In this document: positions 30,648 to 40,595 of the stretch, piece after piece
Layout of the letters: every line of letters begins with the position of its first letter
Position numbering within the stretch: position 1 is the first letter of the stretch
The notes under the pieces: model-generated
Told to the model about the DNA's origin: nothing
Databases searched by the model: none
The model's input: only the letters and a program-made list of their open reading frames with translations
Position numbers and translations under genes: made by a program
From: an uncultured Chloroflexia bacterium
GTDB lineage: Bacteria; Chloroflexota; Limnocylindria; Limnocylindrales; CSP1-4
Assembly (NCBI GenBank): GCA_963720715.1
Contig: CAVRGM010000003.1
Coordinates: 385,808-449,807 of the forward strand
DNA: 64,000 bases
Direction: 5' to 3'

Positions 30648-31648
30648 CAGGCGTACCGCGCCGCCGCCCGACGATGCGTGGCGGCCACGTCATCCCGAAG
30701 GTCGATCGGCGCGACGACCTCCACGTCATCGCCCCACGACAGGATCCACAGTCGGATCTCGATCGTCCCCGACACGGTCGCCCGCCAACGTAGCGAGCCA
30801 TCGGGCTCGGTCGAGATGGCCTGGGTCGGGTGCCAGGTCGCCTCCATGACCCGGCCCGCGACGGCCGGCGAGAACCGAAGGTCGACGGGCACCGGTGGCT
30901 GGTCGGCGATGATGTCCCACGCAGCCCGGAGGGCCGATGTCGTCGCGGCCGCGTCCGGCGGGTCGAACGTCCGAGGGGCGAGCGCGACCGATGAGATCCG
31001 CTCGATCTTGAACGTCCGGAGCGCTGCCCGCTCCTCGTCGAACCCGATCAGGTACAGGGCGTGGGTCTGGAGTGACGGTTCGAGGAGGTATGGCTGGACG
31101 GTCGCCCGACGGGCGGTCGCACCACCTTCATAGCGGGCCGGCGTGTACTCGAGGGTGACCACCCGTCGCTCCGCCCAGGCCTTTGTCAGGAGCCGCACGT
31201 TGGCGCTGAATCGTTCGTCTCGCGGCGCCTTGGAGAGTCCGTCCAGCGTTCGTTCGACGTGTTCGGCCAGCGGCGACGGGAGGCCGCGCTCGAGTTTCTC
31301 GAAGGCGGCGGCCAGGTCCGGGTCGTACTTGTCCGCATAGCGGACCATCAGCCGCGCCGATAACACGACGGCCATCGCCTCCTGTTGGGTCAGCTTGAGG
31401 GGCGGGAGGAAGGCCTTCTCATCGTCGATCCCCCACACGCCGTCCTCGCCCCAGACCGGCAGACGGAGTTCCTCCTGGAGCGCCGTCAGGTCCCGGTAGA
31501 CCGTTCGCACGGACATCCCGACCCGGGCGGCGATGTCGGCCGTGCGGATGCCTTCCGGGTGAGCCTGCAGGAGTGAAACGAGCCGGGTCAGTCGGGCCAG
31601 TCGATCGCGCTTGGTCGAATATCGTTCGCGATCGTCATCGAAGGTCAT
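30647..31648 (-). CDS. WYL-domain transcriptional regulator (HTH - WYL - WCX)
   Basis: N-terminal HTH (…IRTADIAARVGMSVRTVYRDLTALQE…), central WYL region (…THALYLIGFDEERAALRTFKIERI…) and C-terminal extension. ATGA-coupled at both ends. Confidence 0.8.
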   Translation of the reverse strand: MTFDDDRERYSTKRDRLARLTRLVSLLQAHPEGIRTADIAARVGMSVRTVYRDLTALQEELRLPVWGEDGVWGIDDEKAFLPPLKLTQQEAMAVVLSARLMVRYADKYDPDLAAAFEKLERGLPSPLAEHVERTLDGLSKAPRDERFSANVRLLTKAWAERRVVTLEYTPARYEGGATARRATVQPYLLEPSLQTHALYLIGFDEERAALRTFKIERISSVALAPRTFDPPDAAATTSALRAAWDIIADQPPVPVDLRFSPAVAGRVMEATWHPTQAISTEPDGSLRWRATVSGTIEIRLWILSWGDDVEVVAPIDLRDDVAATHRRAAARYA

Positions 31649-32829
31649 GGACCGGGAGGATAGACGAGCGAGTCACGCCCGCGCTGCGTGGCCGTCAAGC
31701 GGACGTCGATCGTGCCGGTCAGGGCGTCGGGGAGGATCCCGGCGGCTTCGCCGTTCGCACTGCCCGCGACTTGACCGAGTTGGCCGTCCAGGAAGACCCA
31801 GTAGTCGAGCTGACCGCGCCAGCGGTGGAGGTCGGCATCTCCGACCAGCCACGCCGCCTGGGCGAACGCCTGCTGGAACGTCTCGCCATCGATCGACACC
31901 CGGCAGCGCCTCGCGCGGGCGCCCTCGAGCACCTCGACCCCGCGGTCCTCGGCGGTCGCCCGGATCTCCGGTGACAGGGCGACCTCGAGGACTCGGGCGT
32001 CGATCGTGCCGTCCGCGACCTGAGCAGCGTCGACCCGCCGCCACGGCCGGCGTGGGGAACTGACCCAGCCGCCTTGACCGACCCGGGCCTCGCCGTACTG
32101 GCCGAGTTCCCGGTCGCCCGCGACGTAGGCCAGCCAGCGGAATTCCTCGCCCACTCGCGTCCCGACCAGGTCCACCTCACCGATCGGCCGCAGATCGACC
32201 GTGGCGGCAAGGTGCAAGGTGAGGCGCGCGCTCGGCCCGACGGCCAGCGGGCCGTCACATGGGGGCGGCTGATCAGGCCCGATGACCGGACCGAATCCCG
32301 AGTAGGAGGCGGCCTGGTCGCGGATCGCGAGATCGTTGGCGACCGCGACCGCGCCGAACGCGACGCCCGAGACCGCCGTCGCGAAGATCGCGATCGCGAC
32401 GCCGGTCAACAGTCGCCGTCGGCGGACCCAGTTCCCACGGCCCAGTCGTCGGGAGATCCCGAAGCCCGCGAAGAGGCTGGTGGCGAGCAGGGCGATCAGC
32501 CACGGATAGATCGCCTCGAGCGACGGCAACAGGGTTCGCGAGCCGTAGGCCAGGAGCTGGGTCACCACCCCCGCGATCGAGGGCACGAGGCACAGGATCG
32601 CCAGGATCCCGAGCCAGACGATCGCAGGAAAGGCGACGTCACCGCGGGCGATCGGCGGCCAGGCCACGGCAGCCAGCGCGATCGCGATCGGCGTCAATGC
32701 GGTCAGCCCGACGAGCAGGTCGAATGGACCGCCCGGTCGATAGGCGAGCAGGACGAGGCCGCCGGCGATCGCCCAACAGACGACGAGCGCGGACGCAAGG
32801 AGTCGGAGTTCGAAGATGCGGACCCGCAT
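31645..32829 (-). CDS. hypothetical polytopic membrane protein with C-terminal soluble domain, first gene of the WYL-dNTPase operon
   Basis: About 5 transmembrane helices in the first 170 aa, then about 220 aa of soluble sequence. Stop overlaps the WYL start. Confidence 0.5.
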   Translation of the reverse strand: MRVRIFELRLLASALVVCWAIAGGLVLLAYRPGGPFDLLVGLTALTPIAIALAAVAWPPIARGDVAFPAIVWLGILAILCLVPSIAGVVTQLLAYGSRTLLPSLEAIYPWLIALLATSLFAGFGISRRLGRGNWVRRRRLLTGVAIAIFATAVSGVAFGAVAVANDLAIRDQAASYSGFGPVIGPDQPPPCDGPLAVGPSARLTLHLAATVDLRPIGEVDLVGTRVGEEFRWLAYVAGDRELGQYGEARVGQGGWVSSPRRPWRRVDAAQVADGTIDARVLEVALSPEIRATAEDRGVEVLEGARARRCRVSIDGETFQQAFAQAAWLVGDADLHRWRGQLDYWVFLDGQLGQVAGSANGEAAGILPDALTGTIDVRLTATQRGRDSLVYPPGP

Positions 32830-33348
32830 CCGCTGAGTCTATCGGTGTGATCCGCAAGTACCGGGTGATGGTGGGACGGCCGGGTCATCGTCCGGTCCCC
32901 GCGCTCAGGCGGACGATGCCAGCGACATGGTCAGCCAGGCAGCCGCCACGACCTCGCAACGAAGGCGAACGACTCGCCAGCGTCCGTCGGCCACGCCTGT
33001 CCCTGCAACCAGGACCGTCTACCGCCTCCTCGTCACCCAGGGGATGACCGCGTCAGAGGCGACCAGCCTGACCGCCCTGGTCTGCGGTTTGCCATCGACC
33101 GACCTGCGCTGGTCGCTGGAGCAACTCAACCACCTCCTCTTCCTGCGGCGTATGCGCGAAACGGGGCGCTTCTGAGAATCGACTTCATCTGACCGTGCCG
33201 GCGCACTCCTTCCGCCGGTCACGACCTCGTTCCGAAGCGGCGTCGACCCTCCTCCCGACGCCGCTTCGGCGCGTCAGGCCCAGTTCGGGCCGGAACGACG
33301 GTCGTCGACGGCCGCAGGTACACTCTCGCGCGTGACCACGACCCTGAG

Positions 33349-34335
33349 GTGCCGCACATGCGCAAGCTGACCACGTTGACGATCGGTCTGATCGCCGTTC
33401 TCACGACGGCCTGTTCCAGCGCCGGGGCATCGGGCACCCCACCCGCATCGATCGTCCCATCGCCATCGACCGCCGTCGTGTCGGCGGCGCCCGACGCCAC
33501 CCCGAACTCGACGACCAGCGCGCCCTCCGCGACCCCGGACGCCTGCGCGGTCGCGGACCTTCCGCTGCTGACCCCGGGCACCCTGACCATCGGCACCGAC
33601 AATCCGGCCTACCCGCCGTACTTCGCGTTCAACGACGATGGCTCGACGACCGCACCATGGAAACTCGGCGATCCGACCAACGGGATGGGGTTCGAGAGTG
33701 CCTTTGCCTACGCCCTGGCCGAACGCCTCGGGTTCACCTCGGACCAGGTCACCTGGGTGTACGTCCCGTTCTCGAGTTCCTTCAAGCCCGGTGACAAGGA
33801 CTTCGACCTGGACGTCAACCAGATCTCGTACCGGCCGAAACGAGCCGAGGCGGTCGACATGTCAGACGGCTATTACTTCGTGAACCAGGCGGTCGTGTCC
33901 GTCGAGGGCAACCCGATCACCGACGTGACCTCCATCGCCGGCCTGGCCGACTATCGGCTCGGGGCGCAGGTCGGCACGACCAGCTACGAGACGATCACCG
34001 GCAGCATCAAGCCGACCGCGCCGGCAAGCGTCTATGACTCCACGGATCAGGCCATCTCCGCATTGAAGGCCAGGCAGATCGACGGGATCGTGGTCGACCT
34101 GCCGACCGCGTTCTACATGGCGGCGGCCCAGCTGAAGCATGGCGTCGTCGTCGGCCAGTTCGAGCTGCCCGACAGCGCCGACGTCGAGCATTTCAGTGCC
34201 GTCCTGCCCAAGGGCAGTGCGATCACGGCGTGCGTGAACGCGGCCATCGCGGCGATGACGGCGGACGGCACGCTGGCCGCGATCACGCAGGAATGGCTGT
34301 CGGACAAGGCCTCGGCGCCGGTCTTCACTCCGTAA
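33349..34335 (+). CDS. polar amino-acid ABC transporter substrate-binding lipoprotein (SBP family 3)
   Basis: Lipobox …VLTTACSSAG, Pro/Ser/Thr linker and an SBP_bac_3-like core (…TLTIGTDNPAYPPYFAFNDDG… … QIDGIVVDLPTAFYMA). Confidence 0.85.
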   Translation: MPHMRKLTTLTIGLIAVLTTACSSAGASGTPPASIVPSPSTAVVSAAPDATPNSTTSAPSATPDACAVADLPLLTPGTLTIGTDNPAYPPYFAFNDDGSTTAPWKLGDPTNGMGFESAFAYALAERLGFTSDQVTWVYVPFSSSFKPGDKDFDLDVNQISYRPKRAEAVDMSDGYYFVNQAVVSVEGNPITDVTSIAGLADYRLGAQVGTTSYETITGSIKPTAPASVYDSTDQAISALKARQIDGIVVDLPTAFYMAAAQLKHGVVVGQFELPDSADVEHFSAVLPKGSAITACVNAAIAAMTADGTLAAITQEWLSDKASAPVFTP

Positions 34336-34351
34336 CCGGCGCGTCCGCCGG

Positions 34352-35215
34352 ATGACCATGGCCGGAGGCTCGCAGGCGACAGCTGGCGGACCTCCGTCCG
34401 TCCGGCCCCGCCGAGCGAGCATCTCGTGGCGCGCGACCGCGGTCACCCTGGTCAGCACCGTCGTCGTCTTCGGCGGGCTTGGCTGGGTCATCGTCAACGC
34501 GCCCAACTGGGCCGAGGTCCAGGCGGCTTTCTTCGACGGACCGTTGTTCTGGTCGACCCTGCCGGGTCTGATCGACGCATTCTGGACCAACGTCAAACTG
34601 TTCCTCATCGCCGAAGCGCTGGTCCTCCCGATCGGCCTGCTGGTCGCCATCCTCCGCGGGCTCCCCGGACCGGTCTTCTTTCCGGTCCGTGGGCTGGCCA
34701 CCGCCTACGTCGACATCTTCCGGGCCGTGCCGGGTCTCGTCGTCATCTACCTGCTCGGGTTCGGCGTCCCCGGACTCGACATCCCAGGCGTTCCGAACGA
34801 CGAATTCTTCTGGGCGGTCGTGGCGCTGACGCTGGTCTATTCGGCATATGTCTCCGAGGTCTACCGGGCGGGCATCGAATCGGTCCACCCCAGCCAGGAG
34901 GCGGCCGCCCGGTCGCTGGGTCTCAGCCGCGCCCAGGCGATGCGCCACGTGATCCTGCCGCAGGCGGTCCGGAGGGTGGTCCCGCCGCTGTTGAATGACT
35001 TCATCGGCCTCCAGAAGGACACCGTCCTGGTCTCGTTCATCGGGGTCGTCGAGATCTTCCGATACGCCCAGATCACAGAGGCCGCCACGTTCAACTTCAC
35101 GCCGATCATCGGCGTCGCGCTCGTGTTCATCGTGGTCACCATCCCGTTGGCGCGGCTCACCGACTGGCTGATCGCCCGAGACAAGCGCCGGGCCGAGTCT
35201 GGCGGCGCCCGATGA
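34352..35215 (+). CDS. amino-acid ABC transporter permease (His/Gln/Glu/Arg/opine family)
   Basis: EAA-like loop …EAAARSLGLSRAQAMRHVILPQAVRRVVPPLLNDFIGLQKDTVL… and about 5 transmembrane helices. Confidence 0.85.
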   Translation: MTMAGGSQATAGGPPSVRPRRASISWRATAVTLVSTVVVFGGLGWVIVNAPNWAEVQAAFFDGPLFWSTLPGLIDAFWTNVKLFLIAEALVLPIGLLVAILRGLPGPVFFPVRGLATAYVDIFRAVPGLVVIYLLGFGVPGLDIPGVPNDEFFWAVVALTLVYSAYVSEVYRAGIESVHPSQEAAARSLGLSRAQAMRHVILPQAVRRVVPPLLNDFIGLQKDTVLVSFIGVVEIFRYAQITEAATFNFTPIIGVALVFIVVTIPLARLTDWLIARDKRRAESGGAR

Positions 35216-35961
35216 CCGAGCCGGCGCTGCGGATCGACGCCGTCCACAAGGCGTTCGGCGACCTGGCCGTGCTGCGCGGCATCGATCTCGAGGTGGCCGA
35301 GCACGAGGTGGTCTGCCTGATCGGTGCGTCGGGGTCCGGCAAGTCCACGCTCTTGCGCTGCGTCAACCTGCTCGAGCCGATCGATGCCGGCCGGATCCTC
35401 CTCGGTGGCGATGAGATCAGTGCCGACGGGGCCCACATCGACCGCGTCCGTCGGAGGATCGGGATCGTCTTCCAGGCCTACAACCTCTTCCCCCACATGT
35501 CGGTCCTCGACAACGTCACGCTCGCACCCCGCAAGGTCCTCCACACACCGAGGGCGCAGGCCGTCGCCGAGGCGACCGAGCTGCTCGACCGGTTCGGCCT
35601 TGCCGACAAGCGTGAGCAGCTACCCGATCGATTGTCCGGTGGCCAACAGCAGCGCGTCGCGATCGTCCGGGCCCTGGCCATGCAGCCCGACCTGCTGCTC
35701 CTCGACGAGATCACCAGCGCGCTCGACCCCGAACTCGTGGCAGAAGTCCTCAGCGTCATCCGTGAGTTGGCCGGAGCCGGCATGACCATGGTCATCGCCA
35801 CCCACGAGATGGCGTTCGCCCGCGACATCGCCGATCGAGTCTGCTTCCTGGATGGCGGGCTGATCATCGAGGATGGCCCACCCGGGCAGGTGCTGCGCGA
35901 TCCCGTGGAGCCCCGGACGCGTCAGTTCCTGCAGCGGATCATCGAGGCAGGCCGGCTGTAG
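35212..35961 (+). CDS. amino-acid ABC transporter ATP-binding protein
   Basis: Walker A GASGSGKST, signature LSGGQQQRVAIVRAL, Walker B LLLLDE. ATGA overlap with the permease gene. Confidence 0.9.
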   Translation: MTEPALRIDAVHKAFGDLAVLRGIDLEVAEHEVVCLIGASGSGKSTLLRCVNLLEPIDAGRILLGGDEISADGAHIDRVRRRIGIVFQAYNLFPHMSVLDNVTLAPRKVLHTPRAQAVAEATELLDRFGLADKREQLPDRLSGGQQQRVAIVRALAMQPDLLLLDEITSALDPELVAEVLSVIRELAGAGMTMVIATHEMAFARDIADRVCFLDGGLIIEDGPPGQVLRDPVEPRTRQFLQRIIEAGRL

Positions 35962-35984
35962 CGACGGCCTCGTTTCAGGCCCCG

Positions 35985-36473
35985 TCAGCCCACGAACGGC
36001 AATTCATCGGGCAGGTCTTCGGGATCGACGCTGGATCCGGGCGCCGGTGTCGCTGACTCGCCAGGAAGATCCTCGGGGTCGACCTCATGGTTGGGGATGA
36101 TGTCGAGAGACCAGCCGACGACCAGGTGATCCGGTCGATAGTGGCGCGAATCCGGGTCCAGGCTCGGGTACCGAAGGCGGTTCCAGTACGCGATGCTCCG
36201 GCCGCTTGTCCCATAGCGCTCGGCGATCTTGACCAGGCTCTCACCCGGCGCGACGACATGGATCAGGAAACTCGGGAGCGGCCGGGGTGTCGGCCGGACA
36301 TAGGTCGGCGATGGGGTCGGGCCGACCGGTGCAGGGGTGGACGTCGGGTCGACGCTGGCCACCGCCGCGGGCGACTGGCTGGGCCGGTTCGTCGGCTCGG
36401 GCACACAGCCGATCAGCCAGATCGAGGCGGCAAGCAATGTGACGCTCAGCTCCCGGGTGCGCATGCCGATCAT
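35985..36473 (-). CDS. LysM-domain lipoprotein
   Basis: Signal plus lipobox (…LLAASIWLIGCVPEP), Pro-rich linker and LysM (HVVAPGESLVKIAERYGTSGRSIAYWNRL). Confidence 0.65.
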   Translation of the reverse strand: MIGMRTRELSVTLLAASIWLIGCVPEPTNRPSQSPAAVASVDPTSTPAPVGPTPSPTYVRPTPRPLPSFLIHVVAPGESLVKIAERYGTSGRSIAYWNRLRYPSLDPDSRHYRPDHLVVGWSLDIIPNHEVDPEDLPGESATPAPGSSVDPEDLPDELPFVG

Positions 36474-36510
36474 GGTGACGACTCGAGCAGAGCCAGGGTG
36501 ACGTCCCGGG

Positions 36511-39339
36511 TCAGCCGGGAGACGCCGTCGAATCGACGGGAGTGGGTGCCTGCAGGGTGAGTTCAGCCGCCAGGGCCAACCCTTCCTCTGCCGTTGCGAT
36601 CTGGTCACGGCCGCTGCGCTTGGCGACGAAGCAGGCCCGATCCGCGGCCAGCAGGACATCGCGGGCGGTCAAGCCGTGCTGGGGATAGGTCGCGGTGCCG
36701 ACCGACGCGCTGACCCTTGGGTTCGCCGTCGAGACCGCGCTCCGCGCACGATCGGCCACCCGACGCGCCCCCGCTTCATCGGTGTGCGGGAGGATGAACG
36801 CGAACTCGTCGCCGCCGTACCGAAAGACCTGGTCGGTCTCGCGGCCCGCTCGGACGAGGGCGCCCGCGATCCGGCGGAGCGCTTCGTCGCCGGCCTGATG
36901 GCCGAGGTCGTTGTTGATATCGCGGAAGTCGTCCAGGTCGAGCATGATCAGGCTGAACGGGGTGCCTTCCCGGACGTGCCGCTCGAGCCACTCCTGGAAG
37001 GTGCCGTGGTTCAGCAGGCCGGTCAGGCCGTCGGTCTGCGCTCGGATCTCGACGGCCTGGAAGATCTCGGCGTTCTGAAGTGCGATGGAGACTTGCGCCG
37101 CGAAGAGCTGGACGAGTTCGAACTCCTCCGCGCCGAGCGCGCTTTCCAGGCCGAGTCGCTCGATGGTCAGGACGCCGATCGCGCCGACCCGGCCTCGCAG
37201 CGGGACCACGATCAGGCTGCCGTCCAGGACCCCGGTGTCCGACCGGAAATGATTGACCCGCGAGTCGTTGCGCTCGTCGGCGATGAGAACGGGTTCGTTG
37301 TGGGCCACGACCCATGTGGCGATTCCGGTCTCGTCTTGCCCCCATGGCTCGAGGAATTCGGCCGCGTGGACCCCGCGCGCCGTCAACGGGGTCAGCCGGC
37401 CGGTCGCGGGATCGATCACCTCGATCGCCACGTTGTCCGACTCCACCAGGCGACCGAGTCGATCAGTGATGCTTTCGAGCACACTTCGGGAGTCGAGCGT
37501 CGCGAGGAGCAATTCGCTGATCTGGAGGAGCTCACGCTGCCCTCGGAGCTGACGTTCCAGGGTGGCGGTCTGCTCGCGCAATCGCTCCGTCGTGTCGGCA
37601 TTGGCCATCGCCTGGGCCGCCAGGCTGGCATAGATCACGAGCAATCGCAGGTCGTCATCGGTGAATCGGTCGAGTCCGAGCTTCGACAGGACTAGCACCC
37701 CGAGGACCCGATCATCGAAGACCATCGGGGCCAGCAGCATCGATTCGTCGAGGTCGTCCTCGGTCCCCGGGATGGTCGATGCACGCGGGTCGGCGGCGGC
37801 GTTGCCGAGGACCTGTGCCACACGATGCTGCGCGACCCAGCCGGTGATCCCTTCGCCGAGCGTGAGTCTGAGCTGATCCGGGGTCTCGTCGACGTATTCG
37901 CCGACCTGGCCGAGCATCGCGACCGGGATAAGGTCCTGTTCGACGATGCGATAGACCCGGGCGTTGTGGTAGTCGATCAGCTCACGAAGCTCCGAGGCGA
38001 TGGACCGGCCGATCTCGGCCACGCTGCTCAACCGGCTCAAGCGGGCTCCGAGCTGCTGGATCGATTGCAGCTGCGCGGCCCAGGTGGCCATCCGCTCGTA
38101 GTCCTGCGCTGCCCGGATGGCGACGCTCGCCTGGGTGGCCAGAGCGGCCACGGTCTCGAGTTCGTCCCAGGCCCAGGCGTGGGGCCGGTCGTGGTAGATA
38201 TCCAGCGTTCCCAGGAGATCTGAGCCATCGGCCAGGGGGGCCGTGCAGATCGTATCGAAACCCTCCTGGACGACGGCCGCCCGAGCGACCGAATCGGCGA
38301 TGCCCGGCCCATATCCGACGGCGAACAACGGACGGCCGGCCTGCGCGGCCGTTCGACCGAGGGACCAGGCGGGCAACTCGCGAGCGACGGCCAGGTAGCC
38401 CGGCGAAAGTCCCCGGCTGACCTCGGTGATGGCCCGTCCATCTGGGCGCTGCAGGAAAACGGCTCCGCGATCGCCTCCGAACAGGACCATCGCATGCTCC
38501 ACGAGACCGGTCAGGATCCGATCGAGATCAAGCCGGCTGCCGATGTCGCCGGCCACGCGCCGGAGGGCATCGGCGCGATGGAGCAGGTGAGCGACCTCCT
38601 CCTGGCGGCGATTCTCGGTCAGGAGCCGAGCGATCGCCTCGGCCGCCACCACCGCGACGTCGTGATCCTGGGTACCCAGCGAGCCCGCGATCTCCCCGAT
38701 GATCTGCAGGACGCCCCAGGGCTCGGGGCCGAGCTCACTCGGGATGTCGACGGTCATCGAGGGCCGGCCATCGAGGCCGGTCCACTGCCCAGGGTCGGAT
38801 GGCCGTTCGGCCGAGGCGATGTCATCCGTCGCCGCCGCACGGATCATCGACCGCCCATCTCGAACCTCCCAGATGCCCACGAAGTGATGTCCGTACGCCT
38901 CGCGAATGGTGCGGGCCACGCCATCGAGGTCGCTGTCCAGGCCAGACTGTCCGTGGCTGCCCCGGATGAGCATCGCCGCGACGGCGATATCGAGGTGCTG
39001 ACGCTCGGCACCGAGTGGGTCACTTGGTTCATTCGCCTCGGGTCGTCCGACCTGCCGCGCGAACCGAGCCGGCGACGCCGGATCGACGGTCCTGCGGCCT
39101 CCCCAGGGCGCGGGTGGTTCGGACCCGCCGTCCGGGTCACCAGACTGGGCGGTGGCCAGGAACCGCTGGAGATCACCAAGCCGATAGCGTCGGTCGCCCC
39201 GCGGGTTGATCCGGTAATAGCGCAGGCGGCCGGCGTCGCTCCAGGCGCGTACCGTGTTCGGGTGAACGCCAAGCAGCCTCGCGGCCTTGGTGACCGAGAG
39301 GGTCGCGTCGATCGGTCGCTGTGGAAGAGAGGTCGGCAC
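36511..39339 (-). CDS. multidomain signalling protein: MerR/excisionase-type HTH - tandem GAF domains - GGDEF diguanylate cyclase
   Basis: N-terminus LSVTKAARLLGVHPNTVRAWSDAGRLRYYRINPRGDRRYRLGDLQRFL (HTH_17-like). About 600 aa of GAF-like repeats. C-terminus …LTGLLNHGTFQEW…RYGGDEFAFILPHTD… (intact GGDEF, RxxD-type I-site not obvious). Confidence 0.85.
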   Translation of the reverse strand: MPTSLPQRPIDATLSVTKAARLLGVHPNTVRAWSDAGRLRYYRINPRGDRRYRLGDLQRFLATAQSGDPDGGSEPPAPWGGRRTVDPASPARFARQVGRPEANEPSDPLGAERQHLDIAVAAMLIRGSHGQSGLDSDLDGVARTIREAYGHHFVGIWEVRDGRSMIRAAATDDIASAERPSDPGQWTGLDGRPSMTVDIPSELGPEPWGVLQIIGEIAGSLGTQDHDVAVVAAEAIARLLTENRRQEEVAHLLHRADALRRVAGDIGSRLDLDRILTGLVEHAMVLFGGDRGAVFLQRPDGRAITEVSRGLSPGYLAVARELPAWSLGRTAAQAGRPLFAVGYGPGIADSVARAAVVQEGFDTICTAPLADGSDLLGTLDIYHDRPHAWAWDELETVAALATQASVAIRAAQDYERMATWAAQLQSIQQLGARLSRLSSVAEIGRSIASELRELIDYHNARVYRIVEQDLIPVAMLGQVGEYVDETPDQLRLTLGEGITGWVAQHRVAQVLGNAAADPRASTIPGTEDDLDESMLLAPMVFDDRVLGVLVLSKLGLDRFTDDDLRLLVIYASLAAQAMANADTTERLREQTATLERQLRGQRELLQISELLLATLDSRSVLESITDRLGRLVESDNVAIEVIDPATGRLTPLTARGVHAAEFLEPWGQDETGIATWVVAHNEPVLIADERNDSRVNHFRSDTGVLDGSLIVVPLRGRVGAIGVLTIERLGLESALGAEEFELVQLFAAQVSIALQNAEIFQAVEIRAQTDGLTGLLNHGTFQEWLERHVREGTPFSLIMLDLDDFRDINNDLGHQAGDEALRRIAGALVRAGRETDQVFRYGGDEFAFILPHTDEAGARRVADRARSAVSTANPRVSASVGTATYPQHGLTARDVLLAADRACFVAKRSGRDQIATAEEGLALAAELTLQAPTPVDSTASPG

Positions 39340-39675
39340 GGCTCATGGAAGGAAATGTGAAGTCGACCTCGCGAGCCTAGCAAGCTCACAGTTCTTGACA
39401 ATGGGCCGATGGTCCCACCTCGGCGCCCGGGTGTGTCAGGCCTCGGGTCGCTCTGTCAACTTGACCCAGACCACCGTTGCCAGGATCGAGATCAGACCGA
39501 TCGCCACGACCGCCAGCAGGGCGAACGCCGGGTCTCCGACCAAGCCGGGGCCTTGTCCGGAACTGCGTGGATCGCCAGCGCCGACGTTCGGGCTGGGCGA
39601 GGCCGCGCTGACCACGGCTGCCCAGGCCAGCGAGAGGATCACGGCCGACCGCGGCCGACACGTACAGGGATCGGG

Positions 39676-40389
39676 TCACGACACGACTCCCACGACGCCG
39701 CCGGCCAGGCCGATGACGATCAGGACGAGACCCGTGACCAGGCACGCGACGGCGATCCGGGGCCGCTGACGGTCACCGCCGACCAGGATCCGCATGGCCT
39801 CGTCGCGGTCGAGCGTGGTCAGGATCAACGGTCGACCCAGACCGGCGGACAGTCGCGGCATGCCCGCCTCGTCACGACCTGGGACCCCGATGACGATGGC
39901 GTGCTCGACCGACGAGATCTGTTCGACGAGCAGACGGACCGCCGTCGCAGCCGCGGTCCCGGGCGGCACACGATCTGGGATGTCGGCCGCGGTCCCGATG
40001 GACTCCCGTGGGATGACGACCAGGCCATCTTCGAGTGCGGCGTCATCGACGACGATCCCATCCAGCCCGTCGCGGACCTCGAACCGCACCCGCTCTCGAC
40101 GATCCTCGAACGAGACCCATCGATCACCGTCACGGAGCTGCAGGCGGGTTCGCCGAAAGACCAATGGTCGGTGAGCGTCATCCTCGAATTCGTCGTCCGC
40201 ATCGATCCGGCCGTCGACGCGGATGAACCGCGCCGGACCGTCGGCGAGCGCGGTCGCTTCGGCGACGCTCACGTGTCGCGCTGTGGCCAGTGATCGACCG
40301 ACCCGATAGCGCGACCCATAGGTTCGAAGGAGAAGGAACCCGACGATGAGCGCGGCGACACCGGCCAGGATCCAGACGATGGGGGACAC
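39676..40389 (-). CDS. hypothetical membrane-anchored protein (N- and C-terminal transmembrane helices)
   Basis: Transmembrane helix at each end (MSPIVWILAGVAALIVGFLLL … IAVACLVTGLVLIVIGLAGGVVGVV) with an acidic soluble middle. Confidence 0.4.
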   Translation of the reverse strand: MSPIVWILAGVAALIVGFLLLRTYGSRYRVGRSLATARHVSVAEATALADGPARFIRVDGRIDADDEFEDDAHRPLVFRRTRLQLRDGDRWVSFEDRRERVRFEVRDGLDGIVVDDAALEDGLVVIPRESIGTAADIPDRVPPGTAAATAVRLLVEQISSVEHAIVIGVPGRDEAGMPRLSAGLGRPLILTTLDRDEAMRILVGGDRQRPRIAVACLVTGLVLIVIGLAGGVVGVVS

Positions 40390-40595
40390 GGCCGCGATGA
40401 TACGCGCCGGGCACGAAAAGGCCCGAAGAAACCTCCGCGAGACGTGGGCGTTGAGGCGATCTCAGCCGTTAGTGTCGCTCGGCCTCTCCGGGCTACGACG
40501 AACCGTAGCGGGCGGCGGCGCGGTGGTCAATCGGATCCGTCCACCGATCTTGACTCGAACGCACGAGTTGTCCACAGCCTGTCCACAGCGTCGGA

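Noticed and set aside
32927-33175. 82-aa + ORF in the 500-bp divergent intergenic region upstream of the ABC transporter
   Set aside because: Some protein-like stretch (…LTALVCGLPSTDLRWSLEQLNHLLFLRRM), but no RBS or recognisable family and it overlaps likely promoter DNA. Left uncalled.
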